This document shows positions 11,847 through 25,207 of a DNA stretch of 34,962 nucleotides, one piece after another. The notes beneath the pieces are model-generated. The model was not told the origin of the DNA, ran no database searches, and saw only the letters and a list, made by a program, of their open reading frames with translations. This DNA is from Octopus bimaculoides (lineage: Eukaryota), in contig NC_068990.1 of the NCBI RefSeq assembly GCF_001194135.2, positions 45,807,625-45,842,586 of the forward strand, in the 5' to 3' direction. Positions within the stretch are counted from its first letter, which is position 1, and every line of letters begins with the position of its first letter. Position numbers and translations under genes: made by a program.

Positions 11847-11955
11847 TATATACATTTACATAATTTTTAATAAAGCCAGAACATTTGTATTTACATATTT
11901 ACAACAGTTGAGTAAATAAAACATCATTCAAGAGATATCGCACTGAATATATACA
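11847..11955 (-). promoter_or_regulatory. Cluster of four Pumilio-type elements (UGUA[A/U]AUA) with an ATTAAA poly(A)-like hexamer; candidate distal 3'UTR end
   Basis: Minus-strand TGTATATA at 11955-11948 and 11854-11847, TGTAAATA at 11903-11896 and 11895-11888, ATTAAA at 11871-11866. Confidence 0.4.
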
Positions 11956-14900
11956 TGTTTTCACTGAATGGTATGTTAAATAGTAATATGAAGACAGCCC
12001 ATCATTGCTAAGAATAAATTTAGTGGAAAGAAAGAGAACACTTCATCAGAAAACTGACTTACGCAGCTTTGAGTAGCATCCTAGGTCGTTCTAGGTGAAA
12101 CAATTAAAAAAATTGAGAACATGCCATGGCATTGAGTGACACAGTTCTATGTAGCATCAAAGGGAACATAGAAGAGGGTGAGGGACCATTTCACAAAGCT
12201 GAACAACATGGCTCCGTGTGGACTTCTGGACAGTTGGTACTGGGGTTTAGTTAGCTAGATTTTTTTTATAACCCTTAATCAAACTTCCAGAACTTTTGGT
12301 TGAAATTCATGCACTTCTTTTAAAGTTCACTACATCAATTGTTATAACATGCCCAATTCTGATTAGTTGAACCATGCTCACATAGGCATTCATGCTTAGA
12401 AATATAATTATGCTGATGTTCTAAGCTAGAATTGTGGGTGAGAGGGTTTTGAACTTCGGTGGAAGCTTTACTACAAAAGTCGAGTACTTTTTACTATGGA
12501 CATAGCACAGATATGGACTGTCAAAACACAGACTAATAATCAAAACATTTATCAGCCAGCTATGGGATCATTCAATCTATTAATTCAAGATTCAAATCGA
12601 TCATAAGAATGTGTGTTGTTAGAGAAAGTGGTAATGTCTCTTCAAACATTGTTGTAGACACTGATTCATTGGGTTAAATTTTTTTCTATGAGAGTTTGTG
12701 AATGTTATTTGGAGTTACTACTAGATTAACGAAGAAAGGAAAAAAAGGAGTTTTTAATAAAGTTTTATTGTGTCATTATCTACACGCATATAAACAATAT
12801 CATTGATTGATATCTGAGAAATGGTTTTGAATAATGAATTTCCCGCCTTTAATGACCTTTACATCTTATCAGATATACAAATATAATGATTTTATAATGC
12901 AAGCCACACCAGGTAGCTGACTTACTCAACAACATTTTTTAGCACATTGGCAATCCCAACACTACTTGCCTCCCTTACTTTTTTTCCCCTGATAGATGGT
13001 GTTCTTGGTACAAAATTTCTCTTCTGCTTCAACTAGCATGATATGTAACACAGTCAAATAATAAAACCTAGGGCAGTTACAATTTTTTCACATAAATATG
13101 CTTTAGCCACTTTGTTTCTTCCATAGTATTAAAAAGGCACTCTGCTGAACATGATTCTGCAATGTAGCAGAACTTTGCAAAGCAAAATTATAGCTGCCTT
13201 AGGTCTTAGAGTTCTATCGTTTTTGCTGTATTACATTAAACTCTACAAAATGGGTATTGAAAGCTTGTCTCTCATATATTAACTCATGTCAATCGTATAA
13301 ATCTCTATCCACACACACATAACATTATCACCAACTACGTCCTCTGTGTTGAAAATTGTATAAAGTACAACATCAAATAAGTTGATACTTCTCAATCACA
13401 TTATACAGTTCTTTATTATATATTGCTGCCCTCATTGTTCAACCCTAGGTCAGAGCTTGTTGAGCAGACACATGATCAAAGACAACCCAGCTATGCTTGT
13501 CTTGTAATTTCAGAAGTGTATGTTATCCTAAGTATGCACTCCATTCCCAAAATGGCAGGGTGTGATTTGAGGGAAATTTCACTGCTATATCTAGAAGGTT
13601 GAGTGACTACATAGAGGGTTCCTCATTGATTTCTTATAATGATGACATTCAATGTTGGATTTTCTGAACTAGCAGGTTACTTTGATAGGTTTTGGCCAGT
13701 ATTGACCCAGGCCATGTCTAACTTAATAGCACCATCTTCTTACATTCAGAAGTCATCATAGGATTTGCATGTATCTTTAACTTGGAAGAGCTATTCTGTT
13801 TAATACTTTCTTTTTCTACATGCAACAACTCAACTTACAGAGTTTCAGTGTTTTCTATTTACTTTTAAGAAATTAATGGAAAAAAAAAAACCTGAACTTC
13901 AGTTTATTTATATAACTTTATGTTGGTCTCATGAACATATTTAAAAGCATAAACTTTTAAAAATAAAATACACTTAAAAACCTATACTGAGGTGGAAAAT
14001 CAAATAAAATACATGTGAAAATATGAATAAACAATTTATTAAAACAGATATAAGNNNNNNNNNNNNNNNNNNNNNNNNNNNNNNNNNNNNNNNNNNNNNN
14101 NNNNNNNNNNNNNNNNNNNNNNNNNNNNNNNNNNNNNNNNNNNNNNNNNNNNNNNNNNNNNNNNNNNNNNNNNNNNNNNNNNNNNNNNNNNNNNNNNNNN
14201 NNNNNNNNNNNNNNNNNNNNNNNNNNNNNNNNNNNNNNNNNNNNNNNNNNNNNNNNNNNNNNNNNNNNNNNNNNNNNNNNNNNNNNNNNNNNNNNNNNNN
14301 NNNNNNNNNNNNNNNNNNNNNNNNNNNNNNNNNNNNNNNNNNNNNNNNNNNNNNNNNNNNNNNNNNNNNNNNNNNNNNNNNNNNNNNNNNNNNNNNNNNN
14401 NNNNNNNNNNNNNNNNNNNNNNNNNNNNNNNNNNNNNNNNNNNNNNNNNNNNNNNNNNNNNNNNNNNNNNNNNNNNNNNNNNNNNNNNNNNNNNNNNNNN
14501 NNNNNNNNNNNNNNNNNNNNNNNNNNNNNNNNNNNNNNNNNNNNNNNNNNNNNNNNNNNNNNNNNNNNNNNNNNNNNNNNNNNNNNNNNNNNNNNNNNNN
14601 NNNNNNNNNNNNNNNNNNNNNNNNNNNNNNNNNNNNNNNNNNNNNNNNNNNNNNNNNNNNNNNNNNNNNNNNNNNNNNNNNNNTGTACATTTCATAATTT
14701 AATGAGTTCCTTTTTACCTCTTAAGCTGCTAATATGAATAAATATGATTTTGAAAACAACTTTCCCTTGGAATTGCTTGTTGAATGAACGATGTGACAGA
14801 TTCTTTAATAATGAAGTATTATTTATTTATTTATTTATATTGAAGGTTAATTATAAAAGCTGGAACGGATTTTGTTTTCTTCAACGCGAACTATGTACAA

Positions 14901-15759
14901 ATCGAAAAGGCAAAAATAGTTTTTAAAAAATATTTCATGAGTTAGTAATTATTCAGGTTAATTCTCTTGCAGTTATGTAAGAACCATACAAAAGTTTTGT
15001 CCTTTTTTTTTTACTTTTATTACAAGAACAACACAAAAAATTAACGGCTTTGATTTGGTGGGAAGGGATGTTTATGTAAACTTCATAATCAACCAAATCA
15101 AAATAAATACATGGCAAAAAACAAAAAAAAATACATTCCTCTTTGGTTCAAATATTATTAATTCAAGATAACTAGATTTGGTTCTTGATGAGAAATGGAA
15201 GATTTCAATCAAATTATTGGTTTTGAAGGTTTTTTTTCCTAACTCAGGCAAATATAAAATAGTTAAACCATTTTTTAAGTATAAAAAGCTGCAGAATAAG
15301 AAACAAAATCAATGGAATTACCAAAGCCTCATATATATACTGTATTTACTTGTGTGTAGTTCACACTATTTTTACACTTGGTTTTGACTGAAAAAACTGG
15401 GATGCAACTTATGCACAGGACAAAACTTAAACTATGGAGGGAAAAAATTTTGTACCAAGATTTAACACTATTTTAGGGATGTGACTTATACATAAGTAAA
15501 CATGGTATGCAAGAAAACAAAATGAGAGAAAGCAATCCAGTCAATGTTCATTTAATGATAATTACTAATTATTTGAGACGTTTATAGTTTGATTTGTTTT
15601 GTTTTTGTAGAATGTTTAAACATTTAGATGAGAGGTATCTAACCTATGACTTATATTACTTATAAGGGTTTGTAGAATCCTCTTGTGATAATAACATCTG
15701 TTTCTAGTTTAGGCAGAAAATCTTGAGGGGAGATATTTGGTTAATACCATCAACCCCAG

Positions 15760-15905
15760 TATTTGATTATTACTTTAATCTTACCAACCTTGGAGAGATG
15801 AAAAGCAAAGTCAGTAGGATTTGATCTCAGAATGTAAAGAGCCAGAATAAATACCACAAAACATTTTCTACAATGCTCTGATGATTCTGCCAGCTCACCA
15901 CCTTC
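15760..15905 (-). mobile_element. Family C tRNA-headed SINE
   Basis: Reverse complement of aaggtggtgagctggcagaat...tctgagatcaaatcc...tttgcttttcatc; homologous to the 31397-32100 copies. Confidence 0.7.
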
Positions 15906-17103
15906 CCCTGTCATAATAATATCATCATTTTGGTTTTCCCAAGCTGATATTGGCTGGCCAGAACTTTCTGAGGCAGTCAGCAACAGCTGAATGCATTTCC
16001 TGACACTAACTTTTCCTTGCTTTTCAAGTGAGTTACTTTGTTCCATATGTTTTCCCATGTTGAATTGTTGAGCTTCAGGATGTAAACAGACATCACCACT
16101 GCCCACACTGTATCAATGCAAAGATATGCAAGCACATACACAGCAGGCTTCTATGCAGTTTCCATCAACCAAATTTCACTCATGAAGTATTAGTTAACCC
16201 TTGGCATTAGGCAAGGCATGCTGTTGTAGAAACCATGCCAAAGCTGACATTGAAGCTTGATGCAGTTCTCTGGCTTGCTAGTTCTTGTTGAAACATCCAA
16301 CCCATGCCAGCCTGGCAAATGCCCAAAGTGCCATGCAGTGGGATACATAACAACAAAAATCTCAATCACAGAATTTTAAAAATTAAGGAGAGCCATATCA
16401 ATTAACAATATATATCCAGGTTTGTGTTAATGTGTATCCTAGAGAAACAGGTAACTTGGTTTTTGGCTCTATTGACCACATCTTTTGTTTCGATTCTTTA
16501 CATTGATAGTAAATTTTCCAGCTGTCTTCAGGTGCCCTATTGCTATGTACTTTTTGGTTTGGCTAGAACACAAGGTCATTGTTTCTGATTCAGGGTGTTA
16601 TCCAAAGTATATGCATCTTATGCTACCCATGACTCATTGATAACATTAATTACAGAGTTTTATAGTATTACTCTGTGATAATGTCACCATCATCATTCTT
16701 TTCACGTCTGTTATTCTAATGTTCACATCTGTTGGACAGAACAGAATTTCTTGAGATGCACTTCCTGATGCGAAATATAGATATTAATAGTTCCTTCAAA
16801 TGTTCAACTTATAACTAAGTTTATCTGGCTAAGGCTGGTCTAGTTATTCACTCAAGAAAACATGAACCAAAGCAATCTATTAATAAATCTTTGCCACATG
16901 AAAGAACATATGTCTGTCTGAAAAGACATGAGTCTGCATACAATACCAAATGTTATGATTCTACATTGCATTTAACTGAGAACAAACATGTATGTAATGG
17001 CTGTGTAAAAAGTTGCAGATCATCAACTGGACTAAAAAGTAATCTTTGCTTTACAGCTCGTTAACAAGTAATGGTCATACTCACCACTGAGTTGACTTTC
17101 ATA

Positions 17104-17423
17104 ATGTGTGTGTGTGTGAATACATATAGATACATACATACATATACATATAATTATTATATATATATGTGTGTGTAGGCATGCGTGTGTGAGTGTGTGT
17201 ATACACATATATATGTATATATATATAATATATATGTATGTATGTGTATATATATGTATGAGTATATATATATATATACATATATATGTTTTGTAATGTA
17301 AGGACGTACATACATACGTACGTACGTACGTACGTACGTAGGTACGTACATACATACATACATACATGCATGCATTCATACATACATACATACATACATA
17401 CATACATACATACATACATACAT
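17104..17423. repeat. Compound microsatellite (TG/TA/TACA/TACG)
   Basis: Read directly; includes (TACG)6 at 17315-17338. Confidence 0.95.
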
Positions 17424-18207
17424 AGGTTGCCTAAAAGCAAACAGAAAATATTGATTGAAATGAGTAGAAAATAAAAATACTATTATTGCAGTAAAATTTA
17501 GTAGAAGTAATTCTAAGATTGTTTAGATTTGGTTTGTGATTGGAAATCAGTTGTGACAAGAGATAATTTGATTTTAGAGACTAGACCAACAAATTTAATC
17601 AAGAACCAAACTGATGGTAAAAATGGATCTCATAAACTTATTCATCTCTGTCAAATTTGTAAGAATTCTATAAATTTTATTTTACAATTTATTAAATTAA
17701 ATCAGTTGCAAGGGAAGGAAATAAGTTGCAGACAATAAAAGATCAAGAAAAAAATCTTATTTGAACCAATTCCACTTCCCAGAAGAAAAAAATAAAATAT
17801 ATTCATTGTTTTACTTCTCATTATTACAAATGAGATTTCAAGGAGATAATAGAAACGAAATACATGAATAAAAAGGTCCTTCATAATGTACTATTTTCAC
17901 ATGAAGGCATGTCAACTAAGTCTTGTCTCATCCAAAACCAGTAGCAGAAAAAAAAAAAAAATAACAAACAAAAAGAAAAAAGGTCAAGTTTAATAAATAT
18001 ATTACTTTTAGAAGTGGACTTTTCTTTCAGTACAAATTCACTTAGAATATCTGCTGCTGTCCAGTGTATCTCTAGGCATCAGGATCAAATTTACCAAAGA
18101 ACAAGATCAATTTGATGACTGGATTATAATCAATTATAACTACTATTGCTTGTTACTCTTGTCATCAAAGCCCAGAATTCTTATGATTTAATCAGTCAGT
18201 CACTAGA

Positions 18208-18292
18208 TATTGTGTGTATGTGTGTGTGTGTTTGTGTATGTCTGTGTGTGTGTGTGTTTGCGTATGTCTGTGTGTGTGTGTGTGTTTGTGTA

Positions 18293-18386
<94 letters not shown>

Positions 18387-18387
18387 C
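18208..18387. repeat. Compound (TG)n/(TA)n microsatellite
   Basis: Read directly. Confidence 0.95.
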
Positions 18388-19297
18388 TTATGTAGTAATG
18401 TGAGTGATTAACATACCTGGATGAATGGTTTACCGCAGCATTATCTGATGTAGAATTCAATACACAATATAGAGTAGATACATGTATTTTTTTTATATTA
18501 TAAAGGGTGACAGTAATAAATTTTGCCAAGCAGCTAGGAAACTCCTCTGAGAAGTAACTGTCACCCATTATGATATAAAAATCATCACCCACACACACAC
18601 ACACACACAAAGTTGTGTATTGAATCTAGTAGAGTAGGTTTGAGAAATAAATGCGAACATTTTTTGAAGGACAGTTGGGAAATGTTTACAGAGAAAAAGA
18701 CTGGAGCTTAGAGGAAGATTAGCTGTGTAACACTAAATGTGAACGGAATGTAAGAGGTTATGGTGACCCTGAGAGGTACAAGAAATCAAAAGAGGAAAAA
18801 AAAAATAGAAGTAGGGAAGGAATGAGAATGAAGGAGACAGCTTGAGAGATATGACGGTGGGCTAAACGAGATAAAAATTGATAAATTTAAAAGATAGAGA
18901 GAGGAGGTATGATAAATTATACCTGCTCTCCTTTAGCTGGTTATTGAATTTATAATACAAATAACAGTGGAATACATATATATAAATATATATATATATC
19001 TTTGCAATAACAATCATTATATACAGTTTGCACACTGTAGTTGCAGATTGCATACAGTTGGCATTACAGCGAAATTTTCAGAATTTTTTTTTTTTAGCCT
19101 GCTTAATTGGCATTTATGATCAGATTCAAGCTAATGCAAGCTTAACGTGTCATTGAACCATTGTATCTATGTCTATGAATTTTTGTTAAAGATTGAAACA
19201 TTAAGCTAAGGACTAATTAACATAATTTAATTTACTAACATTATATACATCTTTCATTAACCTCATTGTTTTAATTGTTATTATTTCTTTCTACTTA

Positions 19298-19495
19298 CTA
19301 TAGGCACAAGGTATGAAATTTTGGGGACGGTGTTAGTCAATTACATGGCCCCAGTGCTCAACTGTTACTTACTTTATTGACCCCAAAAGGATGAAATGCA
19401 AAGCTGACCATGGTGGAATATGAACTCTGAAACATAAAGCTGGAAGAAATACCACTAAACATTTTGTCCAGTGTGATAATGATTCTGCCAGCTCA
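19298..19495 (-). mobile_element. Family C SINE downstream of the PLK stop (other minus copies ~2750-2860, 23177-23392, 33545-33680)
   Basis: ctataggcacaagg...ccccagtgctcaactg.tacttactttattgaccccaaaaggatgaa...ttctgccagctc matches the family. Confidence 0.75.
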
Positions 19496-19722
19496 CTGTT
19501 TTTAGTATTGTAATTATTAATTATTATTCTTATTCAATAGAAAATACTTAAATAATATATCACTGACTTTCAGTCCTGTTAAACTAAGCAATAACTTTTA
19601 AACTGTGTTTGAATGAAATTTCCGATTGCTGTTTCATTTATTCATCTATTTGTATATTTTTTTCTTTCAATCTTCCTTCTATATTTGAAATTTATTTTTT
19701 CCATAGGTACCAATGACCAAGA

Positions 19723-19932
19723 TCAGATGCTTTCACCTTCACTGTTGATCAAATGTTCCAACATATTATGAGTGAACTGTAAACGTTCCTTTAGCTCTGG
19801 TTGGCAGCTGTTCTTCATGATAGAAACTACACTGTATGTGTGAGCAAGCCGTCTTTTGTCAATGTAAGTGACGAAGTAGTTGTTCTGATTGCAACTAATA
19901 ATAATCTTGGTGTGGTCACTCAAAACATTAAC
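19723..19932 (-). CDS. PLK2/3: PLK2/3-like last coding exon, polo-box 2 C-terminus and stop (VNVLSDHTKIIISCNQNNYFVTYIDKRR...HNMLEHLINSEGESI*)
   Basis: Acceptor catttcAG, phase 0; retains the HTK phosphate-pincer motif; TGA at 19725-19723. Confidence 0.95.
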   Translation of the reverse strand, partial: VNVLSDHTKIIISCNQNNYFVTYIDKRRLAHTYSVVSIMKNSCQPELKERLQFTHNMLEHLINSEGESI

Positions 19933-22900
19933 CTGAAATGAAACAAAAGAAAAAGTTGAAACAATTCTTCCATCTCTATACACTGGTTATTCATTATAAC
20001 ATTTGATAAAAGATTGAACAGATTTAAACCTCAAGATGTGGCCAAACTAATTATGAACTAATAGGGAAACCCCTTTGTGATTGCCCAATCTGATAGAAAA
20101 AGCAGCCAAATCTTCCTGTAAACACTCTATATTGTTTTTAGAATCATTTGTGAGCTTTGGTCCAACCTACCACATTCCACCATCTCTTACCAACATGAGA
20201 GCCACATGTTCCACTTTGTGACACAAATCTCTCACCCATTATCTACAGTATATCTTTGCTATCTTGGTTACATACTACTCCAACTTCACTCTGTAAAGTG
20301 GTGAGGAGAGTGTATTTTCTTCTCACTTCACATGTGGATATTTTCAAGAGAAACTTCCACTTACTTTGGCTCCTTCTAAATCCATCTATTCTCCAAACTT
20401 CTCTAACCACCAATAGTTATTCCACTACCTCACAGTTTGCACTGAATACATTTCACATCACCACTCTCTGTAGTCATTGACTGGTCTCAATGACTAATAT
20501 CCACAACTCCTCTCAGTTCCCATGCTACTACCACATAAACATTACTCATACAGAAGCCATATCTTTTGTCATTCTGAACTCTCTACAATAATTCGTATCA
20601 TTAGACACTCATATCCCTTACCTATGGCCAGAGAAGGGGTGCGATGTTTTGGCACAGCTGTTTGGGTGCTGCTTATTTGGCATCACTGAGTCATTTTGAT
20701 GTTTCTCTCATTCTTCCCCAACCTCTGTCTTTCTATTTATGTATATGAGCATCTAGTTATGTTAGTATTTATATGTAAGGTCCCACTTTCTCTTTCTCTC
20801 TCTCACCCTCTCTCTATGTGTATATGTATATTTCTATGCAGACATGTGTGCCTCTAGTGCCAAAATGCACTGTCACCAAAACAGGTTGAATGCCCAATCA
20901 TCTCATTCTGATCCATTGACAATTTTGATCTCTTCTTTGACTACACACAAATGAAAGTCAAACAACTGATTGGCAAAGGCCCAATCCTCTAACACAATAC
21001 AATCTGTAATTCACATACATGCTGCATTCTCTCCTCACTCTAGCCATTTTATCATTAATACAATGGCTTCCTCTCCTCTGAACTAGTTATTTATACATAT
21101 TACCTTCACCTTTTGACCTTTTGTCATTAGGTCTATACTAACCACTTTATCCAACTCACCCCTACCTGTAGATCGTCCCCCATCATTATCATATTTTCTC
21201 TACAGCCATCAACTTACAAATGTTCAAGCTAAATCTAACTTTTTCGCATTCAAATGTAAACTTATTTATTCACATTGTTTTGAATCAATCACACATTATC
21301 TTGTAGCTAAGGGATTTCAATGAAGTGATTGTTTAGTTTTAGAATGATATTGTAGGGTAGGTGTGAGAAGCTGGCTGGCCATTTTGAACATAAAACAGTT
21401 ATCACTAGTTTCTATGTTAAAGGGTTAAAACTCAGCATCAGTTTTACNNNNNNNNNNNNNNNNNNNNNNNNNNNNNNNNNNNNNNNNNNNNNNNNNNNNN
21501 NNNNNNNNNNNNNNNNNNNNNNNNNNNNNNNNNNNNNNNNNNNNNNNNNNNNNNNNNNNNNNNNNNNNNNNNNNNNNNNNNNNNNNNNNNNNNNNNNNNN
21601 NNNNNNNNNNNNNNNNNNNNNNNNNNNNNNNNNNNNNNNNNNNNNNNNNNNNNNNNNNNNNNNNNNNNNNNNNNNNNNNNNNNNNNNNNNNNNNNNNNNN
21701 NNNNNNNNNNNNNNNNNNNNNNNNNNNNNNNNNNNNNNNNNNNNNNNNNNNNNNNNNNNNNNNNNNNNNNNNNNNNNNNNNNNNNNNNNNNNNNNNNNNN
21801 NNNNNNNNNNNNNNNNNNNNNNNNNNNNNNNNNNNNNNNNNNNNNNNNNNNNNNNNNNNNNNNNNNNNNNNNNNNNNNNNNNNNNNNNNNNNNNNNNNNN
21901 NNNNNNNNNNNNNNNNCCCCCCGAAAATGGGGTTTTATTGTAATGAGAAACCAGAGAGACATTTTAATGCAAAGGAGAAGAAAGAGTCTTATTTATAGTC
22001 TGAATTTAGGTTAAGACAGTATTCTGGAGTTCAATGTCACCTGGACAACAAGAGTTCTAACAAAATGAGACATTTTTCAGGTATAATGTTTCATACTAAT
22101 GGGTTTTTTTTATGATTCAATAGATCTTGAGTTTTTTAAAAATAACATTTGGAAAACACGAGACAGAAACCTGACAATTCTGAATAAAAACAAAACAAAA
22201 TAGCAATGTTTTTTTTGTGTGTATGTAAAGAAGGATGACTAAAGAGATAATGAGAGCAGGTATTTCATGATATATTTGAGCAGTACACAGAATTATATAT
22301 ACTTTAGTTCACTTGCCAGTCAATTGTTGTTGATATTTAACCTCAGTTCATTCTAGTTGAGGTCATTCTATGATCAAAAGTGGTTTGGCCTTGAACATTC
22401 TTGTATTTGTTTTTTCTTTAGACTGTAAATCTAAGACTACATTATGCAATATGTCCTTCCATTTTTTTAAGTTACTTAGGTGTGATATGAGGGAAATTTG
22501 GCTGCTATTTCAAGCAAACTGAGCAACCAAATAGAGACGTCTTCACTGTCTCATATAACCCTGTAACTTTTAAAATATTCTACCTCTTCTATGTTCAAAC
22601 CAGCCAGAGTCAGCCTATAACACCAACCCTACAATGCCATTCTAAAAATAAGTAATTGCATCATTAACATCACAAAGCTAATTAACATCATGAAGATAAT
22701 GCATGATTAATTCAAAATAATAAGGATAAATAAGCATTACATTTGACAGAGTAATCTGAATGCTAATTAAAGGTGTAATTTGTGTGAGTCATTAACTGTC
22801 AGGAGGGAAGTCCTGTCTATAAGGGCTAATAGAATTGCCTTCCCTTCTTTAAGGACACAGTCAATTTAACCACCTCCACCCAGTACCAGACTCAAAGTGA

Positions 22901-23738
22901 ATGAAAAGAAGCAAAGTCAGCTATTATGTGATTTGAACCCAGAATGATAACAGACATAACTACATTATGCAATAATGTAGTCATTACTCTTTGTGCTCTG
23001 CTGGCACTACCATCTGTCATATTTATAATAAGAGACTGTAACATGGTTTCAATTACCATTTAAAGAAATTTCAATTTATAGAGCATCACTACTCTTGAGA
23101 AAGGTATGAACATCACACAACTTGTCTTTTATGAATACGCATCCTTGTACCTTAAGTAACATAAATAATTCTTGCTACTATAGGCACAAGGCCTGAAATT
23201 TTGGAGGTGGAGCAAGTTGATTACATCGAGTGCTCAATTGGTACTTACTTACTTACCCAGTGCTCAATTGGTACTTATTTTACTGATTCCAAAAGACAAA
23301 AGACAAAGTCAACTTCAGTATGTAAAGCTGGAAGAAATGCTATAAGCATTCTTTCCAATGCTCTAACAATTCTGCCAGCTCATCCCCTTAAGTAACGTTA
23401 AGGCTTATATGGAAAGCAAAATACCTCAGCTAGCTTAAGAATAAAATACCAAAAAGGGATTATGAGATTGCTGGTGCATATCTTCAAGCCCAAATGGATA
23501 ATAATGCTGGGATTTGAAATACATGAAGAATTTGAAGCCATTTAGAGTGGACATCAGCCTGTCAAAGGTAATATTTTCGAGTGAGCGAGTGAGTGAGAGA
23601 AGAATATTTATTTTTCAACCTGGAAGGATGAAGAGTGAAGTTGACTTTGGTGGAAAGTGCAGATATGCAGAACGAATATTGCAGGGTGTTCTAACCTAAG
23701 CTCTCATGACTCTGCTAATTTGCTTTGCATACAAATAC

Positions 23739-23833
<95 letters not shown>

Positions 23834-24155
23834 CAATAGCATAGGGAATGTGGAAGAGAGTAGACTGTCCAAATAGGCAAGGGATACATATGCAGCCATA
23901 CCATCAATTAGGGAGCACAACATGGTCACAAGACCTGCTAGAATACAGCTTACTATCTTAAAACAACAACAACAACAACTACAAAAAAATGGAAGGATAC
24001 TTTGGATAAAAGTAATCCTAGATACACTATGTTGAAAAAGAAAACACAAGATGGTAATTGTTGGATTACAATGATTAAAAGCTAGCTCAATCTGAGTTTA
24101 CCAGAGACTAAACAACAACAATGACCTATTTAAATCAGGAACCATCACATTCTCG

Positions 24156-24284
24156 AGTGGTTATCCAGCTGGTTATCTAGTAACTTACCACTCCACCTAG
24201 TTATCCAGTATCCTACCATTCTAGTTAGTTATCTAATACCCTATCATCTCAGCTGGTTATCCGGCACCCTACCCACCTCAGCTG
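24156..24284. repeat. Degenerate ~28-29 bp minisatellite, 4-5 units (core tggttatccag/tagttatcta)
   Basis: Units such as tagttatccagtatcctaccattctagt and tggttatccggcaccctacccacctcagc. Confidence 0.7.
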
Positions 24285-24336
24285 TCCTTAGTAGCAATAC
24301 ATAAAAGAATATGTGAAAAATTACAAGATTACTTAC

Positions 24337-24456
24337 TTGTAGGGTGCCATTGCTGAGATACATAAGGATAGCTCTGGGAGTACGAAACCATTTCTTCAGA
24401 TATAAACCAGCCATTGGTGAATCAGTTAACACTGAATAATCAGTGAATTCTCCTCC
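24337..24456 (-). CDS. PLK2/3: PLK2/3-like exon, linker and start of polo-box 2 (GGEFTDYSVLTDSPMAGLYLKKWFRTPRAILMYLSNGTLQ)
   Basis: Acceptor actttcAG, donor GTaagt; 120 nt, phase 0-0. L..WFRT..AI.M.LSNGTLQ is the polo-box 2 signature. Confidence 0.95.
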
Positions 24457-25207
24457 CTGAAAGTTAACATTTAATTTGTTTTAATCAAATAGTAATCATT
24501 GTCATTATTTAATATCCTCTTTTCTGTGCTTGCATGAGTAAGACAGAATTTGTTGAAGCAGATTTTATGCAACTGGATGCCTTTCCTCTCACCAGCCCTC
24601 ACTTGTTTTCAAGCAAAGTAATGTTTTCACATGGCCAGACATGCTTTTTTCTGGGAAGTCTAGAAATGAACAACCTCCCTTGTGTGATGATGGCTCTTGT
24701 TTTCAACCATCTTGTGATGCTTAGACAAGGGTACACACACACACCTTTTTTTTTGTGTGTTAACAAAGATACCTTTGGTTTCATATCGAGAATTCTCAGT
24801 GGTTATCAAACCTGCCACAGGGCACATCTCCAATGGTAGCCTTGTTAACTCACAAATAAAGAATATTTATCCATCAATGCAGGGTTGAGCACTCATTCTC
24901 ACTGTTCGATATTAGTGTGTATGTATGTACATATATACATACATATACGATGGTTTTTTTCCAGATGACAAGAGAAAATACACCATGGTGGTGTGAAGTG
25001 GTTGGTGAGAGGAAAAGCATCTAACTGTAAAAACAATGCCAATAAAACACGGCCTATTTAACAATAAAGATTAGTTGTGAGTATTACATGAGGAAGGACT
25101 GAGACAAGTGGTGAGATGTTGTTCTGGACAGGTCTGCCCAACCTACCATGCCATCATAGAGAAATGGGTGTAAGATAACAATATTAGTTATGATAATGAT
25201 GAGGTGT

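Noticed and set aside
12126-12254. 42-aa ORF MALSDTVLCSIKGNIEEGEGPFHKAEQHGSVWTSGQLVLGFS
   Set aside because: No recognisable motif, and its length is within chance expectation.
15750-16106. 118-aa ORF on the minus strand
   Set aside because: Its 3' half is a family C SINE and the rest resembles decayed repeat tail; no domain.
10271-18610. ORFs of HT/CV/YI/YVRT dipeptide repeats
   Set aside because: These are translations of microsatellites with no coding signal.
20140-20600. Possible ancient LINE coding remnant on the minus strand
   Set aside because: The composition is suggestive, but I could not recover a convincing RT motif.
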